The notes below the pieces were generated by a model that worked only from the letters and a program-made list of their open reading frames with translations, was not told the DNA's origin and ran no database searches. A stretch of DNA of 64,000 bases, taken from assembly GCA_004297395.1 (NCBI GenBank), contig SCUO01000074.1:13082-77081 (forward strand), in the 5' to 3' direction. Each line of letters begins with the position of its first letter. The first letter of the stretch is position 1. This DNA comes from Chloroflexota bacterium. GTDB taxonomy: Bacteria > Chloroflexota > Limnocylindria > Limnocylindrales > CSP1-4. Below are positions 9,918 through 19,432 of this stretch, in pieces. Made by a program: the position numbers and the translations under genes.

Positions 9918-10271
9918 TCAGTTCAGCTGGCGGTCGGTCGGCTCGAGGTCGGCATACACGGTCGCGAAGTCGAGCGGCTCGTCGTCGATGTTCTCGGGTT
10001 CGAGGTCGGCCAGGAAGTTGTCCTCCTCGACCTTGGAGACGTTCACCGCGGCGGTGAGCCGGTCGTCGGACACGTAGACGAAGCCGTAGTCCTGCTCGAG
10101 CTCGTCGGCGATCGCCTCGACGAGGGTCTCGGATTCGTGGTTGTCCTGGATCCGGCGGCGGATCGACTGGACGACGGTGTAGAACTCCTCGGCAGCCATC
10201 TCGTCCTCGCGGAAGAGCAGGACGTCGAAGAAGACATCGTCATCGCCCTCGTGGAGCTCGTAGAAGTGCAC
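9918..10271 (-). CDS. Small, very acidic hypothetical protein
   Basis: Coding-like composition, GGAGG RBS and TATACT -10 upstream; 34 D/E in 117 aa. Confidence 0.75.
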   Translation of the reverse strand: MHFYELHEGDDDVFFDVLLFREDEMAAEEFYTVVQSIRRRIQDNHESETLVEAIADELEQDYGFVYVSDDRLTAAVNVSKVEEDNFLADLEPENIDDEPLDFATVYADLEPTDRQLN

Positions 10272-10314
10272 GATCGCCTCCAGCGAGGGGCCGCCCGGTG
10301 CGGCCTTTCGGTCG

Positions 10315-10320
10315 AGTATA
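10315..10320 (-). promoter_or_regulatory. -10 element (TATACT) for the acidic protein gene
   Basis: Near-consensus sigma70 -10 in a GC-rich intergenic gap, about 45 nt upstream of the GTG. Confidence 0.55.
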
Positions 10321-10333
10321 GGTCGGTCGCCGC

Positions 10334-11260
10334 GTGACCCCGGGAGGCCCGAGCGCCGAGGTTGTTGGCCCCGTCGCGGCCGGGCCGGTCATCGTCGGCT
10401 CGGCCTCGCGGGACCTGGCTGGCGACGATCCGCGGGGCTGGCGACTCGGTGGCGCCGTGACGTACGTGGGCCTGGCCCTCGCTTGCCTGGGGCTCCGGCC
10501 GCGAGTGCTCCTGGGCGGCGATGGCGCCGTGGCGATGGCCAGCGAGCTCGACCTCCTGCGATCCGCGGGCGCAGATGTTCGCGTTGTCACCCTGGAGCGG
10601 AGCCCCGTCTTCGACAATCGCGAGGTTGGTGGTGTCCGCGAGCAGCGATGCCTCGAGCCGGGCGATCCGCTGCCCGTGGCGGCGTTGCCGGCCACCTGGG
10701 CCACGGCGGGCGACTGGGTCCTCGGGCCGGTCGCGGACGAGCTGGCGGGCGAGTGGGGGAGCGTGCCGCCGCCATTCGCCCGGGTGGCGCTCGGCTGGCA
10801 GGGGCTACTCCGGCACCTGCCCCGGGGCGACGCCGTCGCTCGGCGGGCGCCGGCCCCGTCGCCCATCGTCGCCCGGGCCGACCTCGTGGTGGTGAGCCGG
10901 CTCGACCTGGCGCCCGGAACGCCGATCGCCGGCCTGGGTCCGCTGCTCCGGCCCGGGGCGGTGCTCGTCGTGACCGACGCCGCCGCCGGGGGCGAGACCT
11001 GGCGCGGGGATGGCACCACGCTGGCGTTCGAGCGGCGGTATCAAGCGATCCCGGCGGCCCGAGTCCTCGACGCGACCGGGGCCGGCGACGCCTTCCTTGC
11101 CGGCCTCGTTGCCGCGGGGATGGGTCACCCGCTGGCACCGCCCGATCGCACTGATGGCGATCTCCGGCTCGCGGCGGCCCTCGGCTCGCTGGCGGTGGAG
11201 GGGCTCGGGGTGCTCGGCCTGCCGACCGTCGCGGCGGTGGAGGAACGCCTCCTCCACTGA
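10334..11260 (+). CDS. PfkB family carbohydrate kinase
   Basis: LGGAVTY N-terminal motif; DATGAGDAFLAG signature. Confidence 0.85.
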   Translation: MTPGGPSAEVVGPVAAGPVIVGSASRDLAGDDPRGWRLGGAVTYVGLALACLGLRPRVLLGGDGAVAMASELDLLRSAGADVRVVTLERSPVFDNREVGGVREQRCLEPGDPLPVAALPATWATAGDWVLGPVADELAGEWGSVPPPFARVALGWQGLLRHLPRGDAVARRAPAPSPIVARADLVVVSRLDLAPGTPIAGLGPLLRPGAVLVVTDAAAGGETWRGDGTTLAFERRYQAIPAARVLDATGAGDAFLAGLVAAGMGHPLAPPDRTDGDLRLAAALGSLAVEGLGVLGLPTVAAVEERLLH

Positions 11261-11262
11261 GC

Positions 11263-12753
11263 TCAGGCTCGGCCGATGCTCGCGGCAACCGGCGCGACCG
11301 GCGCCTCGTCCGGGCGCCCCCCGGGTCGTGCACCCGGGGCGGTCCGTCGGGCGATGCGGCGGCGGAGCCGGAGTGTTCGGCGGACGAGGTCCCGCTCGAG
11401 GCGGGCGTCGGGCCGGCCCAGGAACCGCCGTCGCTCGACGAAGCGAAGGGCGGCCAGCGTTGCGGCCAGCGCGGCCTCGGGGTCCCGGCGACGGTGCTCG
11501 CGGAGCTTGGCGATCTCGATCCAGGCGAGCGCCCCGAGCGTGCCGCCCGCGTCGGCGACCGCCAGCCAGGCCGTCTCCGCCTCGGCGTATCGGCCGAGCC
11601 GCCGAAGGAGGCGCGCCCGCTCGGTGGCCAGGCGCGACGGCGTCCACGCCGCGTCCATCCGGGGCGTGGCCTCGACTCGCCATGCAGCGGCCTCGCCGCC
11701 CCGCCCGTGGCGTCCCCCGAAGTCCGGTCGCCGGCGCGGTGACCACCATGGGTCGAGCTCCTCGCGGACGAGGTGCGGCTCCGGGCGGACGACGGGGATT
11801 GGCGCCGGCGGGACGTCCCGCGGAGCCACCGGCCCGCCGGCGATCGCGGCGTCGACGCAGGCGAGGGCCTCGTCGAAACGCTGGTGGGCGCTGAAGGCAC
11901 GGGCCAGCCCGGCGAGATCACCGGCCGGGGCCTCGAACCGGGCGGCCGTGTCAGCCAGGCGCTCGTCGACGTGGGCCAGCAGTCTGGCGAGGGAGCGGAC
12001 ATCCTCGTCGTTGTGGCGGACGATCTCGATGAGCCGGGCCGGCTCGCCGTCACGAAGGAACTGGAGGTACCGGGCCGGGATCTCCCAGCCTTCGACGTCC
12101 CGATGCCGCCGATGGCCCAGGAGCTCGATCTCCGCCGTCTGGAGGCGGGCATCCGGCATCCGGTGCCGGAAGAGGCGGCGGACCACCGGCAGCAGGTCGA
12201 GGTGGCCGGCGTGGGCCGGGGCCCCGGAGCGGGCCATCCGGTAACGAGCCACGAGCAGCGGCCAGTCGAAGCCGCGGCCGTTGTAGGTCACCAGCCACGA
12301 TCCGGCCGGGATCATCGCCCGCAGGGCATCGAGGAGGGCCGGCTCGTCGGCGTGGTCCGGAAGGAGGAGTTGGGCCTGCCGAAACCGCCGGCCCTCCCAC
12401 CACCCGAGCCCGACGAGGAAGGCCAGCGTCCCGGCGGCGGTGGCGAGCCCGGTTGTCTCCGTGTCCAGGCACAGGAGCGGCACGTCCGGCGGCGGCTGGC
12501 CGGGCAGCCGGGCGAGCCGCTCGCGATCGAGGGGAACGACGTCGCCCCGGCCCTCGACCCGGACGAACGAGCCGGTCGGCGTCCGGATCAGCTCGCCGTC
12601 CACCTCCGCCGCAAGTCGCTCTGCTGCCACGGTCGCGCGCCGGGTACGGTCGGCTACGGCACTCCGATCGACCTCGCCCCGGCCCGGGCCGCCCTCGGGC
12701 GAAGCGAGTCCGAGCCGGAAGTTCGCGAGCCGGCGCTCGAGGGCGACGGTCAT
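11263..12753 (-). CDS. RNase H-like DEDD exonuclease with TPR-like C-terminus (YprB/MrfB-like)
   Basis: LDTETTGL, VTYNGRGFDWP, HLDLL, HNDEDV; helical EIAKLREH tail; ATG 4 nt after the helicase stop. Confidence 0.85.
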   Translation of the reverse strand: MTVALERRLANFRLGLASPEGGPGRGEVDRSAVADRTRRATVAAERLAAEVDGELIRTPTGSFVRVEGRGDVVPLDRERLARLPGQPPPDVPLLCLDTETTGLATAAGTLAFLVGLGWWEGRRFRQAQLLLPDHADEPALLDALRAMIPAGSWLVTYNGRGFDWPLLVARYRMARSGAPAHAGHLDLLPVVRRLFRHRMPDARLQTAEIELLGHRRHRDVEGWEIPARYLQFLRDGEPARLIEIVRHNDEDVRSLARLLAHVDERLADTAARFEAPAGDLAGLARAFSAHQRFDEALACVDAAIAGGPVAPRDVPPAPIPVVRPEPHLVREELDPWWSPRRRPDFGGRHGRGGEAAAWRVEATPRMDAAWTPSRLATERARLLRRLGRYAEAETAWLAVADAGGTLGALAWIEIAKLREHRRRDPEAALAATLAALRFVERRRFLGRPDARLERDLVRRTLRLRRRIARRTAPGARPGGRPDEAPVAPVAASIGRA

Positions 12754-12757
12754 CGGC

Positions 12758-15103
12758 TCAGGCCACCCGGGCCTCGGCGGCCGGCATCGACGAACCGGGT
12801 GCCGCCGCCGCACCGAGGGTTCGCAGCAGCCGGAGCGCGAGGGCCTTGGCGTCGACCTCGGGATCGAGTCGCGGTCCCGTGCAGGCCGGGCAGCCACTGT
12901 CGCAGGGGCAGGCCTCGACCAGCCCGGCCGCACCCACGACCAGCTCGTCATGGCGGGCCCAGAGCCGCTCCGACAGGCCGACCCCGCCGGGCATCGCCTC
13001 GTACAGGTAGATCGTGGGCGATTCCTGGTGGGGCGAGCGGACCTGGCTGACGAGCCCGAGATCCCGGGGATCGACCATGAGCAGGACGGCCGCCACGGCC
13101 TGGAGCGCCCGCCCCGCCCCGACCAGCGCGACGTCCAGGTCATCGCGTCGCCAGGCGTCGCGACCGCGATCGGGGCCGGTCGCGACATCGGCCGTCACCC
13201 AGTACGCGGTCGTCTGGAGCTCCAGCTCGGGCAGGTCGATGGGACCCCAGCCGACGTTCTCGTCCGTCCCGAACTTCAGCTTCTTGAAGAGCGTCACCAG
13301 GCTCGCGACCATGACCTCGCCATGGACCCGCCGGCCGCCCGTGGCCGGCGCCTCGGCGAAGACGTCGAGCGGTTTGAGCGTCACCGCCCGGTTGGCATAC
13401 GTGTAGTGGTCGACATCGACCTTGTGGACGTAGGCCTTGCGCTCGTGCCACTCGAGCCGGTCGACGTAGTACTGCACCGATTCGTGGATGTAGATCGCCC
13501 GCTCGTGGACGAGGACCTGGGCCGAGAAGAGATCCACCTCGCCGAGGACCCGCGGCCGGTTCGGCGTCGTGTCGATGATCACGACGTTCTCCGGGGCCGC
13601 CGCCCGGAGGCTGACCTCCGAGGCCGGGAAGTTCTCGGAGCTCCAGTACCAGCGGCCGTCCCCGGCCTGGCGGACGTGGCCCTCCTCGCCGAGGAAGGCG
13701 AGGAGATCGTCGGCCGGGGCCGGCCCGAAGACCTCGCCCGGCTCGAAGGGCATCTCGAACGTCGCGCAGCGAAGGTGGGCCAGCAGGACGTGGAGGTTGT
13801 CCGGATCGCAGCGGGCCTCCTCGGGCGAGCGCTCGAGGAGGAACTCGGGATGGTGGATCACGTACTGGTCGACGGGCGAGGCCGAGGCGACGAGAATCCC
13901 GACCGACGGGTCGAGCCGCCGACCCGCCCGCCCCAGCTGCTGCCAGGTGCCCGCGACCGAGCCCGGGTACCCCGCCAGGACCGAGACGTCGAGCGAGCCG
14001 ATGTCCACGCCCAGCTCGAGAGCGTTCGTCGAGACGACGCCGAGGATCTCGCCGTCGCGAAGGCCCCGCTCGATGGAGCGGCGCTCGGTGGGCAGGTAGC
14101 CGCCCCGGTAGCCGCGGATCCGTGACCGCGGCCCGAGGTGCTCGCGGAGCGATTCGCGCAGCCCCGTCAGGAGGATCTCGACGGCGACCCGGGCCTTGCC
14201 GAAGACGATCGTCTGGCGGCCGGCGCGGATGAACGGCAGGGCCCAGCGCTGAGCATGCGAGAGCGCGGACGCCCGCGCCCCGGTCGCGACGTCCAGGATC
14301 GGCGGGTTGACGAGCAGGACGTGGCGTTCGCCACGCGGGGCGCCGTTGCGGTTGACGAGGCGGGCCGGCCGCCCGGTGAGCTGCGCGGCGAGCTCGGCCG
14401 GGTTCCCGATCGTGGCCGAGGCGCAGACGATGACCGGGTTCGAGCCGTAGTGGCGGCACAGCCGAAGGAGCCGCCGGAGGACGTTCGCGACGTGGCTCCC
14501 GAACACGCCCCGGTACGTGTGAAGCTCGTCGATGACGATGACCCGGACCTGCTCGAAGAGCTGGAACCACTTCGTGTGATGCGGCAGGATCGCCGAGTGG
14601 AGCATGTCCGGGTTCGTGACGACGACCTGGCCGGCGGTCCGGATCGCCGAGCGGATGGGCGCCGGGGTGTCCCCGTCATAGGTCGCCACGGCGATCTGGA
14701 GCGAGCTGGCCAGCGCCTGGCCGGCGAACTCCGCGACCTGGTCCTGGCCGAGGGCCTTGGTGGGGAAGAGGAACAGGGCCCGGGCAGAAGGGTCGTCGGC
14801 CAGCGCCTGGAGGACCGGCAGCGTGTAGCACAGCGTCTTGCCCGAGGCCGTCGGGGTCACGACGACGACGTCCTCGCCGGCATGGACGGCCTCGATCGCC
14901 TCGGCCTGGTGTCGATAGAGGCTCTCGATGCCCCGGCTCCGAAGCCCGCCCACGATCCGCGCGTCGAGCCAGTCCGGGAACGGCACGCTGTCTGCGGGTC
15001 GTTCCGGCAGGACCTCGTGATGGACGACCGCCGATCGCAGCGACGGCTCCTCGAGAAGCCTCGACAGGACGGCGGCCGTGGTGGCGGGGGCATAGGTGCG
15101 CAT
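12758..15103 (-). CDS. DEAD/DEAH-box helicase with C-terminal DUF1998-type Cys cluster (YprA/MrfA/Hrq1-like)
   Basis: TPTASGKT, FPTKAL, DELH, SATIGNP, TNALELGVD, GRAGR, C-terminal CPCDSGCPAC. Confidence 0.9.
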   Translation of the reverse strand: MRTYAPATTAAVLSRLLEEPSLRSAVVHHEVLPERPADSVPFPDWLDARIVGGLRSRGIESLYRHQAEAIEAVHAGEDVVVVTPTASGKTLCYTLPVLQALADDPSARALFLFPTKALGQDQVAEFAGQALASSLQIAVATYDGDTPAPIRSAIRTAGQVVVTNPDMLHSAILPHHTKWFQLFEQVRVIVIDELHTYRGVFGSHVANVLRRLLRLCRHYGSNPVIVCASATIGNPAELAAQLTGRPARLVNRNGAPRGERHVLLVNPPILDVATGARASALSHAQRWALPFIRAGRQTIVFGKARVAVEILLTGLRESLREHLGPRSRIRGYRGGYLPTERRSIERGLRDGEILGVVSTNALELGVDIGSLDVSVLAGYPGSVAGTWQQLGRAGRRLDPSVGILVASASPVDQYVIHHPEFLLERSPEEARCDPDNLHVLLAHLRCATFEMPFEPGEVFGPAPADDLLAFLGEEGHVRQAGDGRWYWSSENFPASEVSLRAAAPENVVIIDTTPNRPRVLGEVDLFSAQVLVHERAIYIHESVQYYVDRLEWHERKAYVHKVDVDHYTYANRAVTLKPLDVFAEAPATGGRRVHGEVMVASLVTLFKKLKFGTDENVGWGPIDLPELELQTTAYWVTADVATGPDRGRDAWRRDDLDVALVGAGRALQAVAAVLLMVDPRDLGLVSQVRSPHQESPTIYLYEAMPGGVGLSERLWARHDELVVGAAGLVEACPCDSGCPACTGPRLDPEVDAKALALRLLRTLGAAAAPGSSMPAAEARVA

Positions 15104-15128
15104 GACGTCGGCTCCCAGGCTCAATACA

Positions 15129-15140
15129 GAACGTCCGTTC
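15129..15140. promoter_or_regulatory. LexA-type SOS box GAAC-GTCC-GTTC
   Basis: Perfect GAAC-N4-GTTC between the minus-strand -10 (TATGCT, 15151-15156) and the helicase RBS/start. Confidence 0.7.
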
Positions 15141-15216
15141 GATTGACGGCAGCATAGCCGAGCCTGCAACCGCGGCGTGCCACCTCGTGTGGCACACGGC
15201 ACAGGTCAGACGGCGG

Positions 15217-15246
15217 TTGACACACCGGTAACAACGTAGCTACGCT
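15217..15246 (+). promoter_or_regulatory. Sigma70-type promoter TTGACA-N18-TACGCT, probably leaderless
   Basis: Consensus -35; -10 ends 7 nt before ATG 15254; no SD. Confidence 0.65.
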
Positions 15247-15253
15247 CGGCGCC

Positions 15254-15916
15254 ATGCCAGACGCAGACGCTCGGGAGCCGCTCGAGGGGACGCCCGCTTC
15301 GGCGCCCGCGCCCGCGACGCCGGGGCCCGCGACCTCGCCACGGGAATCCCGCTCCGGCGCGTCCGGAAGCGGGCCGGCGCGCGATCTCGCGGCGGTCCCG
15401 TCGTTCCTCCGGAGCCGGCTCGGCCGCGGCGGCGCGGCGACGGAGGGATCCACGCCGATCGTCCCGCGCCCGCCTGCCTCGACCAGTCCGGAGGCGCCCC
15501 TTGTCCAGAGCGTCGCCGCGCTGCCGATGATCAGCATCGCGCCCCGCCGGGTCATCATCGTCGGGGCGACGATCCTGCTGGCCTGGCTCATCGTGTCCTT
15601 CGGACGCCAGGTTGCCGAGGCCTCGGCCTCGTCCACCCGGGCCGAGGAGCTCCGGGCCGCCAACGCGGCCCTGGCCGCGGAGGTCGCCGCGATGGAGCTC
15701 GAGCTCCAGGTCATCCAGGACCACCGCTACATCAGCCAGGCCGCCCGAGCCTTCCGCCTGGGCACACCAGGCGAGATCCCGTTCGCCCTCGAGGCGGACG
15801 CGCCGCCGCTCGCCGCCGACGCGCCCGGTTCGGCCGCGAACCGGCTCGGCGCGGAGACGGCATCGATGAGCCCGCTCGAGCGCTGGCTCGACCTCCTCTT
15901 CGGGCCCGGCGACTGA
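15254..15916 (+). CDS. Septum formation initiator family (DivIC/FtsB-like) with disordered N-terminus
   Basis: Single TM helix, then coiled coil and YI...AR...LG.PGE motif. Confidence 0.7.
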   Translation: MPDADAREPLEGTPASAPAPATPGPATSPRESRSGASGSGPARDLAAVPSFLRSRLGRGGAATEGSTPIVPRPPASTSPEAPLVQSVAALPMISIAPRRVIIVGATILLAWLIVSFGRQVAEASASSTRAEELRAANAALAAEVAAMELELQVIQDHRYISQAARAFRLGTPGEIPFALEADAPPLAADAPGSAANRLGAETASMSPLERWLDLLFGPGD

Positions 15917-16063
15917 CCGACGGGCGCGGACGCGCCCGGCCCAACCGACGAACATTCGATCGCCGTCCGACGCGGCCCGCGGCGGAGGTATCCTGACCAC
16001 GCCGGCCAGCCGACCGCCTGTGGCGGCTGATCGTCCCGCGCCGTCGCGAGAGGGAGTCAGCGC

Positions 16064-16624
16064 GTGCCCACGATCACGATCCCGATCGAGGACCTCGTCT
16101 TCGTCCTCGCCACGCTCGTCGGCGCCGGCCTGCTCCTCGTCACCGTCCTGGTCGACGACATCCTTGGCGGGATCCTGGACTCCTTCAATGTCGGCTTCGA
16201 CATCGGCGGTGTGTCGCTCATGCCACCGCTCCTTGCCTTCATCGCCATGTTCGGCGTCGGCGGACTGTTCGCGACCCAGGTCTTCGACATCCACGGCGGT
16301 CAGGCGGCCCTCGTCGGGGTCGGCTTCGGGGGCGTCGGCTTTGGCGTGGCCTACGGCATGTTCCGGGCCCTCCGACGCGCCGAGGGGACCCGGCCGTTCT
16401 CCGTGACCGACCTCGTCGGCCATGAGGCCTCGGTGAGCGTCGCCATCCCGGCCGGGCGCCTCGGTACCGTCTACGTCCGGGCCGAGGGCCAGACCCACGA
16501 GATCGCGGCGACGGCCGCGATCGACATCGTCGCCGGCACCGCCGTCCGGATCACCGGCGTCGCCGGCACCGGTCTCGTCGTCGAGCCGCTCGCCACGCCC
16601 GCCAGCACGTCATCGGCAACCTGA
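16064..16624 (+). CDS. Short NfeD-family membrane protein (YuaF-like)
   Basis: Three hydrophobic segments plus C-terminal OB-like LVG..A.V..AIP.G..G.V; directly upstream of flotillin. Confidence 0.75.
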   Translation: MPTITIPIEDLVFVLATLVGAGLLLVTVLVDDILGGILDSFNVGFDIGGVSLMPPLLAFIAMFGVGGLFATQVFDIHGGQAALVGVGFGGVGFGVAYGMFRALRRAEGTRPFSVTDLVGHEASVSVAIPAGRLGTVYVRAEGQTHEIAATAAIDIVAGTAVRITGVAGTGLVVEPLATPASTSSAT

Positions 16625-16653
16625 GATCGATCGCCACCTGAGGGAGAGGAACC

Positions 16654-18729
16654 GTGCCTGACTTCGGCAGACTGTTCGACATCGTCGGGGGCGGCGTCAT
16701 CCCGGTCCTGCTCGTCGTCGTCGTCCTCGTCCTCGTGGTTGCGTACCTCGGCAGCCGCTACAAGGTCGCCGGCGCGAACGAGGCGCTCATCATCAGCGGC
16801 CGCCGCGAGCGCGGCCCGGCCGGCGAGCAGGGTCTCAAGGTGGTGCGTGGGCAGGGCGTCATCGTCCTGCCCCTCGTGAACAAGGTCGGCCGGCTCCACC
16901 TCTCCGCCCGCCAGATCAACGTCCAGCTGTCGGACGCGGTCACGAAGCAGGGCATCAAGTGCGCCGTCCAGGGCGTGGCCACGGTCAAGATCGGCAGCGA
17001 CGAGGAGTCCATCCGGGCCGCCGCCGAGCGGTTCCTCGAGCGTGAGGACCAGATCGATTCGATCGTCAAGAACGTCCTCGAGGGCTCCCTCCGCTCGATC
17101 GTCGGGACGCTGACCGTCGAGGAGCTCAACTACGACCGGGCCAAGTTCCAGCAGGAGGTCCAGAGTGCCGCCCGAAGCGACCTCGCGACGTCCGGCCTGA
17201 CGATCGACAACTTCACCATCCAGGCGATCCGGGACGAGGTCGGCTACATGGACCTCATCGGCCAGCAGGAGACGGCCCGCCGCGAGCGCGACGCCCGGAT
17301 GGCCAAGGCCACCGCGGACCAGGAGGCCGCGGTCCGGGAGGCTGAAGCCCAGCAGGTCAAGCTGAACGCGGCGCGCGACGTCTCGCTCCGCCAGGCCGAG
17401 ATCGAGGCCCTGACCGCCGCGGCCAACGCCAAGGCCGCCCAATCCGGGCCGTTGGCCCAGGCCGAGGCGACCCAGGAGGTGACCCGCAAGCAGACCGAGC
17501 TGGCCCAGCTCGAGGCGGCGCGGAAGCAGCAGGAGCTCATCACCTCGACGATCCGGCCGGCCGAGGCCGAGGCCGAGGCGGTCGTCAAGCGAGCCGAAGG
17601 CGAGAAGCTGGCCAGGATCGCCGCCGCCCAGGCGGACGCCGAGCGGGTCAAGCTGGCCGGCCAGGCCGAGGCCTCGATCCAGGTCACGAAGGGCGAGGCC
17701 CAGGCCCGGGTCACCCTCGTGAACGCCGAGTCGGTCGCCAAGCAGACGACCCTCGAAGGCAACGCCGAGGCGGGGATCGTCCTTTCGAAGGGCGAGGCAG
17801 AAGCCAAGGCCCTGGCCCTCCGGGCCGAGGCCTACCGCCAGTTCAACGAAGCCGCGATCATCCAGACCGTCCTCTCGATGCTGCCCGAGATCGTCCGGGC
17901 CGCGGCCGAGCCGATGGCCAACATCGACAACCTGACGATCCTCTCGAGCGATGGCGCCTCGGAGATGGTCAAGAACACCACCCGGACGGTGGCCGAGGCC
18001 AGCGCGACCGTGAAGGGCCTGACCGGGATCGATGTGCCGGCCCTGCTCGGCGGGGCCCTCGGCGGCTCCCGCGGCGGCGGCGGTGGCGAGGGCGGCGGCT
18101 CTCGAGGCAGCGGCGGAACCGGTGGCGGCGGCGGAACCCCGCGACCGCGAGCCCCCAGGGCCCCGACCGGCGGGCGAGGTGCACCCGCTCCGGCTTCGGC
18201 CGCCGGGAGCGCCACAACCCCGCCAACCACGGCGGACGCAGGGGCTGACGGCGTCGGCGGTGCCGTACCCGAGGTTGCACCGGAGATCGATCCCGCGGCG
18301 GCATTTGCCCGCGCATCGGAGGCCATGGCCCGAGCCGGCCGCTCGACCCCTGCCGGCGCCGCAGGCGCCGCGAGTGCATCCGAGGCCAACGCGGCAACCG
18401 AGGCGCGAGCCTCGACGACGGCGGCCGCCCCATCCGCGCCGGCCCCGGCCCGGCCGGCAGCCTCGACACCGTTGCCGGCCGTCGGGCGGCTGAGCCGTGA
18501 ATCGTCGCTCGACGAGGCGGCCGCGGCGCTCGCCGGCGACCTCCGGGCCGTGCCCGGCATCGAGCGCTTCGGCCGGATGCGCCTGGCCGAGCTGGAGCGG
18601 ACCGGGCCGCGCCCGCTCCGGACGATGTGGCGCATCGCCCGCGACCAGCTCGACGAGCGCTACGGTCAGCTGACGATCGGCGAGATCATCGACCGCTACA
18701 AGGGCGGCGGCACCTCCGCCAGCGCCTGA
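16654..18729 (+). CDS. Flotillin-like SPFH protein with long C-terminal extension
   Basis: N-terminal TM, EALIISG, AAAERFL, LEGSLRSIVG, AEA-repeat coiled coil; GGGAGAGG RBS. Confidence 0.9.
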   Translation: MPDFGRLFDIVGGGVIPVLLVVVVLVLVVAYLGSRYKVAGANEALIISGRRERGPAGEQGLKVVRGQGVIVLPLVNKVGRLHLSARQINVQLSDAVTKQGIKCAVQGVATVKIGSDEESIRAAAERFLEREDQIDSIVKNVLEGSLRSIVGTLTVEELNYDRAKFQQEVQSAARSDLATSGLTIDNFTIQAIRDEVGYMDLIGQQETARRERDARMAKATADQEAAVREAEAQQVKLNAARDVSLRQAEIEALTAAANAKAAQSGPLAQAEATQEVTRKQTELAQLEAARKQQELITSTIRPAEAEAEAVVKRAEGEKLARIAAAQADAERVKLAGQAEASIQVTKGEAQARVTLVNAESVAKQTTLEGNAEAGIVLSKGEAEAKALALRAEAYRQFNEAAIIQTVLSMLPEIVRAAAEPMANIDNLTILSSDGASEMVKNTTRTVAEASATVKGLTGIDVPALLGGALGGSRGGGGGEGGGSRGSGGTGGGGGTPRPRAPRAPTGGRGAPAPASAAGSATTPPTTADAGADGVGGAVPEVAPEIDPAAAFARASEAMARAGRSTPAGAAGAASASEANAATEARASTTAAAPSAPAPARPAASTPLPAVGRLSRESSLDEAAAALAGDLRAVPGIERFGRMRLAELERTGPRPLRTMWRIARDQLDERYGQLTIGEIIDRYKGGGTSASA

Positions 18730-18758
18730 AACACGGCGGGCCGATCCGAGGACGGGCG

Positions 18759-19250
18759 ATGGCCAGCGAGTACGAGCGGATCCTCGAGGAGAACGCGCGC
18801 TTCACCGAGGCGTATGACCGGTCGGCCTTGACCGCGGCGCCGCTGACCGGGATCGCGATCCTCGCCTGCATGGACGCCCGGATCGATGTCGAGGACGCGC
18901 TCGGCCTGCGGGTCGGGGACGCCCACATCATCCGCAATGCCGGCGGCTTCGCCACCCAGGACGCGATCCGCTCGCTCGTCGTGAGCCAGCAGCTGCTGGG
19001 GACGCGGGAGATCCTCGTCATCGCCCACACCGGCTGCGGTCTCCACGGCGCCGACGAGGCCGTGATCCGGGGCCGCGTCGCGGCGACGACCCATCACCAG
19101 ACGGATCTCGTGTTCGGGGCCTTCGCCGACCTCGAGGCGATGGTCCGCGAGCAGGTCCGCGTCCTCCGCGCCCGGCCCGACCTGCTTCGGGTGCCGGTCC
19201 ACGGCCTGGTCTACGACGTGGCCACCGGTCGGCTGAGCCCGGTGGAATGA
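18759..19250 (+). CDS. Beta-class carbonic anhydrase
   Basis: ACMDAR, IRNAGG, HTGCG zinc ligands, GLVYDV.TG. Confidence 0.9.
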   Translation: MASEYERILEENARFTEAYDRSALTAAPLTGIAILACMDARIDVEDALGLRVGDAHIIRNAGGFATQDAIRSLVVSQQLLGTREILVIAHTGCGLHGADEAVIRGRVAATTHHQTDLVFGAFADLEAMVREQVRVLRARPDLLRVPVHGLVYDVATGRLSPVE

Positions 19251-19330
19251 CAGCGCCGGGACCGGCGCTCGGAGCGGCACGCGAGCGCCCGGCGACTGTC
19301 AGGGAGATCGGTCGGGCGGAGCGCCTGCGG

Positions 19331-19336
19331 TAGAAT
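19331..19336 (+). promoter_or_regulatory. -10 element (TAGAAT) of the tRNA gene
   Basis: Near-consensus -10 ending 9 nt before the tRNA 5' end. Confidence 0.6.
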
Positions 19337-19345
19337 GCCGCCCGA

Positions 19346-19420
19346 GGCGGAGTAGCTCAGTGGTAGAGCAGGGGACTCATAAGCCCTTGGTCACAGGTTC
19401 AAATCCTGTCTCCGCTACCA
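19346..19420 (+). tRNA. tRNA(CAT), most likely elongator tRNA-Met
   Basis: Cloverleaf: GGCGGAG/CTCCGCT acceptor, GCTC/GAGC D-arm, CTCATAA loop, GGTTCAAATCC T-loop, encoded CCA; paired G1 excludes the initiator. Confidence 0.92.
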
Positions 19421-19432
19421 CCCGACATCGAC

